Shown: positions 11,566 through 24,361, numbered from the stretch's first letter. The stretch is 64,000 nucleotides of DNA from Balamuthia mandrillaris (GCA_031835245.2 JAVKOQ020000089.1:1-64000); one strand, 5' to 3'. Notes: generated by a model not told the origin, from the letters alone. Made by a program: numbers and translations.

Positions 11566-14500
11566 ATGGAAGGAGGAGGGAAAGGGGGAGGGGGAACCAC
11601 TTTGAAGCCGCGCAAGAGGGTGCAACTCTCCCTGACGGAACATTACGCGCCCTCATGGAAAACATGGGAAGGCGTTCGCGAGCTGGTACAAAACTGGCAC
11701 GATGGTTTGTGGTTGCTACTGTGGCTCATCTTTTTTTTTTGGCTTCCCCTCCCACACTTTGCTATTCTATCTGTCTCAGGAAAGAGTGTTGTGCACTTCT
11801 CATCGACTTTCTTTCTTGTGGTTGTTGGTTTGTTTTGTTTGCCATTAAGGCGTATTACAGACCTATGAAGACTCTCCCAAGCCTTCCTCCGCTTCCTCTC
11901 CACCAGGCGTGCACTTTCACAAGAAACCTTCTTCTTCTTCTTCTTCTTCTTCTCCTTCTTCTTCTCCTTCTTCTCCTCCTCCTCCTCCTCCTCCTCCTCC
12001 TCCTCCTCCTCCTTCTACTACTACTACTACTAGTTCTTCCATCTACGAAGCCTACTACTATTCCTCCTCCTCTCCGCAAACGAACAAACCGGAGCGGGTC
12101 CTTCTGGGCTGGCTGTGCTACGACCGGAGCAACCAACGCTTGGTCATGGTGAACAAAGGCGTGCGCCTCGCCCGCAACGTCCTTCTCCTGGGCTACTCCA
12201 AGAAGGCCCGCCACAAGGACGTCATCGGGCAGTTTGGGGAGGGCATGAAGATCGGCGTGCTGGCGCTGCTGCGGGAGGGCCGAGCGGTGAGCGTGCTGAC
12301 GGCGGAGGAGGAGTGGCGCTTCTGCTTCGCGCGGGATGAGGTCTTCTCCGAGGAGAGGGTCTTGACGGTGTTCATCGAGGATAGAGAGGAAAACAGACTG
12401 GCCAAGCTGAGCATGGGCTCATCTTCTTTGGCTGGGAGGAATAGGAGCGAAGAAGCGGAGCAGAAGAAGAAAGAAGAAGAAGCAGAAGGAGAGGGAATGG
12501 AATGGATGATGGAAGCGGAGGATACGGTTACCATTGTGTCGCCGTTGGAGCCTCATCATTGGGACTCGCTGTGTAAACGGTTTCTCTTCTTGGAGAAGCC
12601 TCAAGATTGCATAGGGTTAGATTACGTTTGCTTTTTCTCTTCTCTCGTTCATCCATTCTCTTCTGTCTTGACTCTTCTTTTTTTTCATTTTTTTTCTGGT
12701 CCTGCCCTCGTCTCTTGCCTCTTTCACTTTTCAGTTCTCTTTCTCTTTGTTCTTATCTCTATTAGTTCTCGTTTCTCTCTTCTGAACTTGTTTAAGAACT
12801 GAACTAGGAACGTTACTGTTGGACCCAACCATGGATGGAGATCTGTACGTGAAAGGCGTTTGGATAACCAACTTGAAAGAGGATGGCCTCCGAACTGGCG
12901 TCGACATGCAACATCTTCGTTTAGATCGTGACAGAAGAGCTGTGCTTCACATCAGTACGAACCTAATACCTTTTTTCTTTTGCTTGATGATTCTCATTGG
13001 CCTATCTTTTTTTTTGTTCACCTTTTATGTTCTCTTCGAAAAGGTGACTTGGAACATCAAGTTTCTAGCATGTGGCTGAGAGCGTTGGATGTGCGCCCTG
13101 ATCTTGTTGGCCGTTACTTTGACATGCTTTCTTCCAACGTAAGTTTTCTTTTTTCGTTTGAGAACTCCTTTGCTCACGGTCTGTTATTCATTCTTACTAT
13201 CTAATGAACACAGGATCTTCCTTGTGATGTCAAACATGCGAGCTTCTACATGGATGATTCTCGCCGTGTGTATCTTCTCCATTCTCTCTCTCTCTCTCTC
13301 TCTTCGCTCTTGGTTTTTCTTTATCCTTAACAGCATTTTGTTTCACAACCACTGTAGAAATACGTTTAATGGCAAACCATTTCTTTCGTACCCACGGCTC
13401 TAACGCGTTTCCGGTCTCCTCTTCCGTTCCCCTCTCCGCTCTCCGCACGTTAGAAGAAGAGCTAAACCGCAAGGCTATCATCTGCAACTCTCATCTCCTT
13501 CAAATTCTGAGTCAATGCGGTGAGCTCGGCACTTTGGAAGCTCTTCTTGCAGACCATAACAGAAAGAAAAGAAACACACTCACTCAGAAAAAGGAGTACA
13601 TTCCATGGAGTGCTTTATCGACGGAAGAGAAGGACGTCCTCTCTCACGCTGCAGACCTCTGCAAGCTCGTTCTTCCGGCCTTTGCTCTCTCTTTCGTGGA
13701 TGTAGTAGAATGGCCTCTTCTTCAACAAAAACAAGAAAGAAGGCTGATAGAAGAAGAAGACGAGAAAAAGTGGATAACGTTAGTTTGTCCTTCTTCTGGA
13801 AAAGACGGTAACAAGACAAAAGAACACGGCGCTCGTATTGAACTTGCTCGGTCCCTGTTAGATGCCAAGGTGGTTCATCATGGTGTTCCTTTTTCTTCTC
13901 CGTTTGGATGCATTCTTGCCGAGGAAGAAGCAGACATAATGGGGACAGGAGAAGAGAAAGAAAAGGAGAAAGGGGAACGCGAATGCCTTTGCCGAGAGGT
14001 CTTCATTTGTAAAGGTATTATTTGCAAGGTAAGCGACAATAACAACGTTCAATGGTCATCTACCAGAAAAGCTGAAGGTGCAACGGAAGCGAAAGATAAA
14101 GCAGAGAATGACTTATTGATGGAACTAGTTCAAAGAGTCCCCTCTTCTGTATCTCCCGCGTCATCCGCAACATTCAGGTTGGAACACAAGCTTTTGCTCA
14201 AACTCGCAATGCAAGCCTGCCGGCTTTCTTCTCCTCCCTTCTGCCACGAGCTGCATCATCCATCCAACAATACAAAGCAACAAAACGAAGAAGAGGCAGA
14301 GCAACGAAGAAGCAAAGAACTCAAACTCTATGAAGAAAGAGAACGTCAGCTGCGAGCTCACGTTCAGGCTCTTCAACGAGAAGCCTCCGAGAACGACAAA
14401 CATCATCTTGAAGAACTCGACAAGCTCAAAGAGCAGCTCCAGGAGCTGCAGCAACACCTCCAACAGAGCCAAGTAGAGAGCGTCAACCTCGAGCAACGCT

Positions 14501-15071
14501 TGAGAGAGAACTACGAACGCGCCAACGAGCAGCTCCGAAGACAGCTGCAACAGCGAGAGGAGGAGTCCGTTCAAACGGGACAAGAAAACTTGTGGTTGAA
14601 GCAAGAGATGGAGCGGCAAGAGCTCGCCTACAAAGACAAGGAGGCTGCCCATCAGCGAGGCATTCAACGTTTGGAGAAGGAGGCCAACGACTACAAGCAA
14701 CGCCTCATCCAACGCACCGAGCAGCTGCTTCGTTTTCTGAGGGACAACGAGGCTGAGAACAAGGAGGAGGCGCAGCGGCGGCTCTTCGAGGCCATGGAGA
14801 GCATTCGCAGGGAGCTGGAGGAGGAGAGGGAGCGGCAGCTCTGTGCCGTCTGTGCCGAGCGGAGGATCGACTGCGTGTTGATGCCCTGCCGGCATCGCTA
14901 CTTGTGCCATCTTTGTGGCGAGTCGGTTTCTCGTTGGTCCGTTCCTTCTTTCTATCTCTCTCATCCCTCTTCCTTTGTGTTCTTGTTGTTTTTTTTTTTC
15001 GCTAACAGACTGTGGAGCGCAGCCCGGTGTGCAGAGCGGACATTCACGAACGTATCACCACGTTCAACTAG
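11566..15071 (+). CDS. GHKL (Bergerat-fold) ATPase + coiled coil + C-terminal RING-HC finger, multi-exon
   Basis: WKTWEGVRELVQNWHDG, VNKG...LLLGYSKK, IGQFGEGMKIG and GDLYVKG...LRLDRDR. Long Q/E-rich coil. RING CAVC...PCRHRYLCHLC...CPVC is completed across the last intron; stop at 15069-15071. Confidence 0.8.
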
Positions 15072-15251
15072 TGGCCCCTGCCCAGGTCAGGCCAGGCAGC
15101 ATAGTCAACCAGACTTTTTTGATGAAACCACAGGATCACTTACTTCGACGCGAGCCCAAACCAACCTCTCCACACTCGTCGTTTTGTTGATCTTGAGCAA
15201 AAAACAAAATGTATTTTTTTTTTGTATATTCTTCTTCCTCTCTTCTTCCTC

Positions 15252-15671
15252 TTACCACCTCTTGAGCCACTTGTGACGATACTTGAGGTCCTCCTTGATG
15301 ACGGGCGGTTCCAAGGGTTTGTAGCTCCAGTCGCGGGGCACGCGAGGGGGCAGGTCCTCCCACCGCTCAAACGACTCGTGCTCCCGCTCCGTGCCGTCGT
15401 AGAGCTTGAAGGGGTGGTAGGGCAGCCTGGGGCGCAGCTGGGTGCGCAGCACGGCGTCCGTCTGGCCGGCGGGGCGCGTGTGGGCCACGTACTGCTCCCA
15501 TGGCTTCCGCTTGGGCATGTGGTTGCCGGGGAGGGTGTTCTCGCGGCGGAGAAAGTACTCCGCGTCGAGCAGGCGGGCGGCACGCTTCTTGGCGGCGCGT
15601 TTCCTGGTAGCGTTGTTGGGGTGAGGCTTCCACAACAAGCCGGAACGAACCACCGTGGTTGGTTTGAACAT
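15252..15671 (-). CDS. Basic 139-aa protein, possibly mitochondrial ribosomal protein mL60 (yeast MrpL31)-like
   Basis: GC-rich, coding-like single-exon ORF. The N-terminus MFKPTTVVRSGLLWK followed by an R/K-rich helix recalls the mL60 GGLLWK motif. The family call is tentative. Confidence 0.5.
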   Translation of the reverse strand: MFKPTTVVRSGLLWKPHPNNATRKRAAKKRAARLLDAEYFLRRENTLPGNHMPKRKPWEQYVAHTRPAGQTDAVLRTQLRPRLPYHPFKLYDGTEREHESFERWEDLPPRVPRDWSYKPLEPPVIKEDLKYRHKWLKRW

Positions 15672-16301
15672 TGTTCTGAGATGAAAGGAACGAGAGAGCT
15701 CGGCTTCCCCCCCGCTATTCACACTCTCTTCTTCTTCGCTTTCTTTTCTTGTGTGGATGAGGGAATGTCAAGAATGATAGTAATGTCTGGAATTTCAAAG
15801 AATGAAAGGAATGGTTAGAATGTGTCGACATAATCTTCCTCTCGGGCATTTCCTTCTTTTGGTCAGCAAAAAATTCCCCGAAGCACAATCAAACAAACGA
15901 CCAAAAGAAAGAAGAAGACAGCAACCACGACCCCACCAACCAACCACTGCACCAACCATCCCTCCACCACTAAAACACCACCACCTGACCTGTTACAGAA
16001 CTGAAAAAAAAAAACCAACCACACGCCAACCCTACCGAAAAGTTTTTTTTTCTTTCAAAAAAAAAAACACCACACCAAGAGAGAACATTTTTGTTTCTTA
16101 GTATTTTTTTTTTTGTGTTCCTGTTCAACCATTTATATTTATATTAGTATTGTTTTTTTTTTCTTGGCCCTATATGCGTGTCCCAACAACTCTGCTTCTT
16201 CTTCTACTTTGACTGGAGCACCTACCGTGTCTTTCTTCTCTCTGTCTCTCTCCTTTTTTTTTTGAAATAGCATAGCGGTTGGGTGGGTTTATGGTGGTTG
16301 G

Positions 16302-19300
16302 GTGGGCGGAGTTGACCGGGACGGAGAGGAAAGCCCTTCCAAATGCAACATAACTGTGACCCAGGGGTGCTGCGAGACGACTACCGACAAGCCTACTTTG
16401 CCATCGAGAACAGACTCCGTAACGGTTTGTTTGTTTGTTGGTTTTTTTTTAAAAAAAAATAACTTTCTCTCATTTTCTATAATGCTATATGCAGACCCGG
16501 ACCCAACGCAAGCATTGAAGAGGGCCAAGCAAAGCGTCAACAGCGCGTTGAGAGGGGAGTTGGACCGGAACCGGCTGCTCTACTTTACGGACTGCGTTCT
16601 CGTCAAACTCGTTAAAGCTGCTCTCAATCGAACGTATGCTCAGCTTTTATTTTCTCTTCTTGGTCTTGTTCTTCTGCTTCTGCTTCTGCTTCTGCTTCTT
16701 CTTCTTGTGCTTCTTGTTCTTGTTCTTCTTCTTCTGCTTCTTCTTCTTCTTGTTCTTGTTCTTCTTCTTTTTCTTCTTCTTCTTCTTCTTCTTCCTGCTG
16801 GTTGTCGTCTTCCTCCTCTTCTGCTCTCTTCCTCTCCTTCTTCCCTTCTTTCTTGTCGTTCTTTCTTCTTTCTTTAGTTCTGTTCTTGTCTTACCTCTTT
16901 TTGTTCTTTCATCTCTCTTGCTTTTTCTTCTAATTAAAAAAATAGAGACTACAAAGGAATAGCAGTAACGGGAGTGCTCAAGTTGTTGTTGCAGACCGTT
17001 CGCTTTCTTGTCAAGCACATCTCGCAGGACAGACAGTCGCTCCAGGTTGTTCTTCGAGCAAGTAATGGCGGTGGTGGGACCGGAGGAGGAACAAAACAAG
17101 TCTTTGAAGCGTTGGCAAGACTCTTAGACCCATCCCAAAAGTTTTACGCTCTGCCCAAGAATGGAAGAGACGAACGCAATAACGATGAAGGATTAAAGGG
17201 TGATGGCTATTCAACCCGAGAAACAGCATTGGAGGCCGATGATGTATCATCCTCGTCTCCGTCTTCAGCTTCTTCTTTGTCGTTGTCTTCGTCTTCTTCT
17301 TCGTCTTCATCTTCTTTTCTGTCGGCCAAGTCATCGTCAACACCTCCCAAAAAGGGCTCAAAGATAGCAAAGTCCTTTCCAACAAGTAGCACGAAACAAA
17401 CACTGTCGTCGACTCATTACGATGACCATTGGTTGGAACTTACCAAGGTTTGTGTATTATGTGGTATTTTTGTTGCTTTTTATTATTATGATAACATCAA
17501 CTTACCTTGCTCGTTATGCAGTGGTTTGAAGAGAATCCAATGACAGAGAGCTATGGAAGCCAAGACAGTTCTAAAATTACGTTTACTCGACCCATTAAGG
17601 TCCTCATTTATCTCTGTCATCGTTTCTCTTTGCTTTCTTTTTCTTTTTTCCTTTCTTTTTTTTTCAATTCTTACTAACGTTACGTATAACCATGCAGCAA
17701 GGAAATGAGCAAGTGAAAGCCGCTTTTTTCTTGATAGTAAATCAGTTTGGAAAGTGTGGTGGCTTTGAAATGCTATGTAAGCAAATAGAGAGTTCTCTTC
17801 CGGCTCCAGAAGACCTAAGGACTACCCTTTGTTTCATCCGGATGCTTTCCAATGTATGCTTTCTTCTTTGTTTCTTCCTTTCTTGATTATTCCTTCGTAT
17901 GGTAACTTAAACAAACAATACAGATCAAAGATTACTTAGGAGACTTCAGAGTCCAATACTTTGCAGAGTTCCAAAATGTGGCCTTCGGACAACTGCTTCG
18001 CATGCTGCAAATGGATCACGTCCGAATGAACAAAAGCATTCGCGACCGCTTCAAGGAAATCGGCAAAGAACTACAGTTGCTCATCAAAGACGTCTACACC
18101 GAAGAGCAAATAGATCTTCTGGTGAACGAGTTCAACCTCAATGTCTCTCTCATCTCTCTTCGCTCGAATCATCCTCGAAAAGTTATGAGCTCCATCAACC
18201 TCATCAACCGATTCATTTCTCGCTGCGGGAGCTGTTCTTGCTGTTCTTCTTCTTCTTCCTCATCTTCCTCTTCTTCGTCTCCTACATGGAGTCATAAAAC
18301 AAGCGACTCTTCATCCTCTTCTTCATCTTCCTCTGCATCCCCCTCTTCTTCCAGTTCTTCCTCGGGATCGCCTTCAAGTGGATATTTGAGACGAAAGCTT
18401 TTCTCCGGAAGTTTTACAAAGTTCAAAAACAAAAATGCAAGCAACAATAAGACAGACAACAAAGACAAAAAGAAGAATTGTCAGCAACTACAAAATTTTG
18501 ATGAAGAAAACATCGATCTTCACTTCTTGCTCAGTTGGATGCAAAGAAATAACTTCAAGGATATCATTCTAGCGAAATGCGGTTATACTATGAACGAATG
18601 TAAAGAAGGAGACAGAGAGGAAGACGGGGTGGTAGAAGAAGGAGATGGAGGGGAAGAAGGCGATGACGATGAACTTGAAGAAGCAAAACGAGGTAAAAGA
18701 GAAGATGACGATGGCGATGAAGACGACGAAGAAAATGAGAGAATGCACAAAAAGAAGTCTACGTTGGGAGAATTCGAGAGACAGACGCGAAGTAGGAACC
18801 GAAGAAGAAGAAAACGAAAAAGAGGACAAGGATATTACACCATTCCTAAACATGAGTTGTTGGAAATCCTTTCATTTCTCGGAAAGCATAACCAACTCAC
18901 ATCTCCTCACGAGTATCTCGTTTTGTGGCAGAGCTACTCGATGAAACGACAATTAGCAATTAAACGCTCTCTTCAAGCATTCAACAACATTCGAGCCACC
19001 ATAGAGCCGTTGCATGCCACAATTGCTGCTTATGGCGGTCGTCCACCTTCTCTTCGACATAAACTTCACTCTAGTTCTCTTAGTAGAGTTCCCTCTTTTT
19101 CGGCCTCATCTTCATCATCAGCATCTTCATCATCTTCTTTTTCTCCGTATTCTTCCTCCTCTTCCTCTTCTTTGTCTGCGACCTTTGCCGAAGAGACGTC
19201 ATCCCCGTTTTCTTCATCATCATTATCGTTATCATCTTCGTCATCCATAATAACAACCACTTCATCAACAGAAGATCATGCAATAACTGTGGAAGGAGGA

Positions 19301-21444
19301 AAAGGAGCAGAACACCTAAAACAGTCCAACAACACCATGGACTTGTTCGTGGAAGAACGTATTCAATACTGGCTCGTTCATAGCTTGTTGTTGGGAGGGG
19401 ATGTCTCTCCCAAATTGCAACACATCGGACTTAGTCTTGAATTTTTCTGCCGCCATGTACATTCTCGGTGGATCGAAGGTGGTGACGATCCTCTTTGCAA
19501 GTCGTTGAAACAACAGCAGCAGCAACAACGTCGAGTGTCTTTTTCTTCTTCTCCATCATCTTCCGCAAGGCTATTAACTCAACTTTCGTCTGGACACAAA
19601 AGTGATTCTGGAGAAAGTGGAAGCGAGAAAGAAAAGGAGAAAGAAAGAGAAAAGGAGAAACAACGAGAAACAAATGGCTCTACTGAAGAACGTCCCACAT
19701 TTTTATCAACTTCCTCCGAATCGATCAACACTTCTTCTCAAACCAAGAGAGGAGGAGAAAAGAACAAGAATAATAACGACAACAACAGCAACAAAGAAAA
19801 GGCAAAGAAGAAGTTAGAGCATCAACAACGTGATGCAACTGCGGCGAAACGTTCTCGTCGCTTGAAAGACATTCGCAGTCTGAAACGAATCACAGCGAGA
19901 CGGTCGTCCTCTCGCAAAGATGATCTCAACAACGGTTCTTCATCGCGTAAGAGTCAAACAATGCCCGATCGTTTATTACCCTCAGGAAGAAAAGAAGAAA
20001 AGGACAAAAATAGTAACAGCAGAAGAAACAGCGATGATAATGCTAAAAAAGAAGGCGAGGAAGCAAAAGAGGAGGAAGGAAAGCAACGCTGTGAAGTTAT
20101 TCATAGCACTGATTCGGCGGAAATAGTAATTCAACGACAACAACCTATCGACGCAATGACGAAAGGGGAGGGAGAAAAAGAACAACAACAAGCACTAACG
20201 AAAGCGTTGACGGATTCGTCTTCTTTAAAGGCCGGTGATGCTAAAGATTCAACACCTTCGACAACGATGATGGAAGTGGTATCGTTCTCTTTGATGCCAG
20301 CGGAAGTCGTTCAAATGGTATTTTCGTACTTACCAGCTGCTGATCTCTTGAGAACTTCTTTGGTTTGCCGACAATGGTCATGCGTCAGTCGCAACGAGTC
20401 GTTGTGGAAACGACTTTATCTCGCACTTTACTACCAACAACCTCATCACTTCAACGACTTTTCTTCTCACGATAGCATCAAAACGAGAACTTCTTTCGGT
20501 TCTACTTCAGATATCTACCATCGTTATACTTCATCGACTGTAACAATGGACGTGATAGATGTTGTGAACAACAACATCAATAAGTTGGTGAACGAGAATC
20601 TTATGACGACTACAGATGCTATTATGATGGATGAGGATGAAAGATGTCAACATCTTATGGAGGAGCGAGCCTCCAAAATGCAGCGTGCCTTGGATTCCGC
20701 TGCTTCTTCCATAACATCTTCCTCTTCGTCTTCTTTTTTGTCTTCTTCGTCTTCGTCGTTGCCTGTTTATGGTGGTGGTGGCAGCAAGAAGCAGACGACA
20801 ACCACGAAAACCAACGACGCCATTTTTGGATATCCTTCGCCTTGGCAGAAGGCCTTGCTTTGGGAAATGAAACTTGGTACCTCTTTTTCTGTTCTCTTTG
20901 TAGTTTTTGCTGGTAGTGGCGTCCAGACTGACAAGACGACTCTCAAACAGCGGAGTCAGTGATAAAAGCGTTGGTATTGATGGAACCAGGCAGTGCCACA
21001 TATTCTCTCCAGAAGTTGGAGAAAATGGGCGTCATCTCCAAGTCGTCCGGCCTTCTTCTTGCTCATCGCCAAAGGTACTTCACCCTTCCTTCTCGTCTGT
21101 GTGCCCTTCTTCTGTTCTTCTGTTCTATTCTCTCTTTTTTTTTAACCTTCTTGCTTTTTTCTTTATCAACAAATAGTAAAAAGAACAAACTGGTGATTCG
21201 ATACTCAGAGCAAGGAACATTAGAAATCTATCCAGCCACTACCACACAAGGGAGTGTAAGCGCCAACAACAGCACTCCTCTCGTTTTTGCTCTGGACCAC
21301 ATCATAGAGAAGCTGCTCTTCGAGACGAACGGGCTGATTGTGGTGGGTGGATCTTCCAACGATCTCATTTTGAACGTAAGAGCTTTGTGGGACCTCCTCA
21401 AGAAACATTTTGTGCCGAAGCAGAAGCTGCATCTGTTTGCTTAG
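16302..21444 (+). CDS. Large protein with USP9/USP24-like N-terminal helical region, low-complexity middle and C-terminal F-box; start uncertain
   Basis: Exons encode FEALARLLDPSQKFY, VNQFGKCGGFEML and FNLNVSLISLRS...KVMSSINLINRFIS. F-box SLMPAEVVQMVFSYLPAADLLRTSLVCRQW...LWK at ~20285-20410. Confidence 0.7.
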
Positions 21445-21783
21445 GTTTTTTTGGTTTCGCTTTTTGACTTTTTTTTTTTTTGCTTTTATACTTTTTGTTT
21501 GGATTTTTGTTCTTATATTTTTTGTTCCTTTTGTTTTCTTTCAGTTAGTTTTTGTTTTTTTGTTTTTTAATGTTAGTGATATCTTTTTTTGTTGTTTTTG
21601 TGAGTACAAGCTTTTAATACTGCCGTTATATTACATTCTTTTTTTTTCAAACCGATCTCATCCTTTCTATCTCCATTCCTCTTTCTCTCTGTTGTTCTTC
21701 TTCTGCTGCTGCTGCTTGATCATCTTTATTTTGTAAATCCAGCCCACTCTTTAGAAGCTTCACGTTCTCCCTCTTCTTCTACC

Positions 21784-23577
21784 TCAGGAAGTTTCGATAA
21801 CGACAGGCGCTTCTCCTTTCTGCCGCTGTTGCTCGTGCGAGACATCCTTCCTTCCTTCCTCGTCTTCTTCCTGTTGATGCTCACCGCACCACTGACGCTC
21901 CGATGACACTGTATTTCTTCTTGGTCGTGTCGGTGGTTGTCTCGCTTCTTTCTCGTTCTCATCTTCTCGCACAGCAACTTCTTCCAGCTCGTTCAAGTTG
22001 ACCATGAAGCTGGTGTTATCGGTGGATCTTCTCTTCTTCTTTTTATGGGTTTCGTTTTGGTTGATATCTAGTCCTCGTTGTGCTTCTTCCTGTCCATTCT
22101 CTTTTTCTCCTTGTTCTTCGCATAGAGCAGCTTCTTGAAGAGCGTCCAAATCAACAACTAAACCGTTCGCGTCGGTGGATCTTCTCTTCTTCTTCAAGCT
22201 GATGGTAAGCGATCTTCTCTTCTTTCTGTCCTTCTTCTTATTCTTTCCGCTATTGTCGTTATTTGCTTCCTTTTCTTTATTCTTTTTCTTTTGTTTATGC
22301 TTCTTGTTCTTTTTCTTCTTATAATGTTCTCCTTCTTCTTCGTTGCCAGAGTTCATGATAATGCTCAAGTCGGGAGGCCCTCCTTCTGCAAAATCGAAAG
22401 AGGAAGGACTCTCCGAAGAGATCGTATTACGTCTAGGCCGAGTATTTCCATTACCCTCGTGATTGCTTCTTCTATCTAGCCCGTCTTCTAGCTTCAACGC
22501 ACGAAGGACAGGGGAATCCACAAATGTCAAAGTACCGCTTGTATTCGTCTTTTGCTCTTCTTTCTCCATTTGCTCTTTCGCATCGTCCTCATCGTCGTCA
22601 TCTAAGTAGTCGTTAAACTGAACAGGGCCTCCGTCAGGAGCTTGCAAACCTCCTTCGTGCGTTTGTGGTGAATGGAGATCACCACTTCCAACCTTGCTGT
22701 TATAGTTTTTCATTTGCAGTGCTGTGTCGAGCCAACCAGCCAAATTCTCGAGAAGAAGTTGCTTCTCCACTTCCTTGCTTAGTGAGCGTCGAAGTTTTCC
22801 TGATGCTGTGCCTACTGTATTGTTGTTGCCTCTTTCTTTCCCTTCTCCGGCTTTTGCATCCTCTTTCAAGCGTTCTAGCTTGTTAGTTGTTTCTGTCGCC
22901 TGTTCGGAGGAAGACGAAAACAAGTTTTGTTTGTGGCGTTGTTGAATAAGGTCTTCGTTTTTTCTTGAAGATTTTGCCCTCAAAGAACTCTCGGAGGTGG
23001 ACATAGCGACCGACAGCGAAGAGGCCAGAAGATCCGAGTCTGAGCTTCGACTCTTGACGAGGTCGTGATGTTGTTCTGCGTATTTCTTTCGATGGAAGAT
23101 GTTGGGTTTAGCACGGTCACCCTTTCGAAGCGCATTCTTTTTGCGTTTGTCCACAAGGAGGAGTCCTCCGGATTGAGTGGCTCGGATTGCTTCCTTGTCC
23201 GCTTTGTTCTTCCGTACTGCGGAAGACCTTCCAGAAGAGGTGCTTTTGTGGGGTTTTGAGTTGGAGGGTGGTTTTAGTTTTTTGTTGTGGGGATTGGAAG
23301 CTTTACGAGGCTGTTTTCCGCTTTTTAGAGCCGCAGCGGCTTGGCAAGAAGGGTCAATGCCGTCTCCCTCGGAACTTCGTAGAAGCTCCTTTCCTCCGGA
23401 GAGTGAGGTTTGGACCAGCATGAGCGTTGAGTTTGTTCTAAGGTTGGTGGCCGACATCCTGCTTCCCGATGGTGTTGAGATCCTTGAACGCGGGCAGCAT
23501 ACGCCCGCTCTCCCTCCTACTTCGAAAAAAAAGAAAAGTCTGCACTGTCGTCCCAAACGACTCCTCGTCTTATCCAT
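21784..23577 (-). CDS. Uncharacterised low-complexity Lys/Ser/Glu-rich protein (start may be the ATG at 23457)
   Basis: 597-aa open frame with NLS-like KKKRR tracts and internally duplicated peptides. No globular domain recognised. Confidence 0.6.
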   Translation of the reverse strand: MDKTRSRLGRQCRLFFFFEVGGRAGVCCPRSRISTPSGSRMSATNLRTNSTLMLVQTSLSGGKELLRSSEGDGIDPSCQAAAALKSGKQPRKASNPHNKKLKPPSNSKPHKSTSSGRSSAVRKNKADKEAIRATQSGGLLLVDKRKKNALRKGDRAKPNIFHRKKYAEQHHDLVKSRSSDSDLLASSLSVAMSTSESSLRAKSSRKNEDLIQQRHKQNLFSSSSEQATETTNKLERLKEDAKAGEGKERGNNNTVGTASGKLRRSLSKEVEKQLLLENLAGWLDTALQMKNYNSKVGSGDLHSPQTHEGGLQAPDGGPVQFNDYLDDDDEDDAKEQMEKEEQKTNTSGTLTFVDSPVLRALKLEDGLDRRSNHEGNGNTRPRRNTISSESPSSFDFAEGGPPDLSIIMNSGNEEEGEHYKKKKNKKHKQKKKNKEKEANNDNSGKNKKKDRKKRRSLTISLKKKRRSTDANGLVVDLDALQEAALCEEQGEKENGQEEAQRGLDINQNETHKKKKRRSTDNTSFMVNLNELEEVAVREDENEKEARQPPTRPRRNTVSSERQWCGEHQQEEDEEGRKDVSHEQQRQKGEAPVVIETS

Positions 23578-23619
23578 AAAACGACATTATGTCTACAAAA
23601 TTGTCATAAAAGCTATTTT

Positions 23620-23748
23620 TGTCGACAATTTAATGCTTCAATCGAATTTTGTCGAGAATCAAATAATATTATCGAGTTTTGTCGACAATATTATCATTTT
23701 TCTAATTTTATCGACAAATTTATCATAAAAGGTCGACAGTTGTCGACA
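23620..23748. promoter_or_regulatory. Cluster of TGTCGACA-type palindromes in a divergent promoter
   Basis: TGTCGACA at 23620, 23680 and 23741, TATCGACA at 23709 and GTCGACA at 23732, all in an AT-rich gap between two head-to-head genes. Confidence 0.5.
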
Positions 23749-23781
23749 CAAAATTTACCGGTAGCAAGAGGAGAGAGAAGT

Positions 23782-24361
23782 ATGCACAGCGAGAGGCCCC
23801 TGCTGTGCAAAGGGCACACCTTTCGTTTGCCGAGGGAGGTGTTCCCTGGCAGGGGCAACGGTGGTGACCCACTGCAAGGAGGAAGGGACGATGCAGAGGA
23901 GCAGGAGCAGGAGCAGGGGGAGGGGTGCCAGTTCGAGGTGCTGCGAGTGCTGCGGCACAGCGAGGAATGCGGGGATGTCGTGCTGCTGGCCCACCTTTGC
24001 CCACCACCACAAAGGGGGAGGGAGGAGAGCGGCAGCGGCGACCCGCAGCGAGCCATCGTTGTGCTCAAACCAAAGGAGAGCGGACTGCATGAAAGCGTGG
24101 TAGCCTCCATCCTATGTCAAGAAACAAGTTTCACGCTGGAAGAACAAAACTCTGTGTACGTTGATCGTCCCAAACCCACCAAAGACCAAACAAAGTTAAT
24201 CTGTTGTGTGTCTCTCTCCCTCGCTCTCGCTCTCGCTCTCTTTCTCTCTGTGATAGGTTTTATTATTTGGGGGCCAAAGTTTCTCTTCCGGTTCCTCTTG
24301 CCATAAAACTCATCTTCCCGGCTACTGACACAGAAATCAGCTTTGTTGCGTGTTTCTTCTC

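Noticed and set aside
16636..17099. Poly-Phe/Leu/Lys ORFs
   Set aside because: Translations of an intronic CTT-type microsatellite.
21726..21977. Alternative-frame ORF suggesting a frameshifted C-terminus for the 597-aa protein
   Set aside because: The main frame ends normally at 21784; no evidence favours the other frame.
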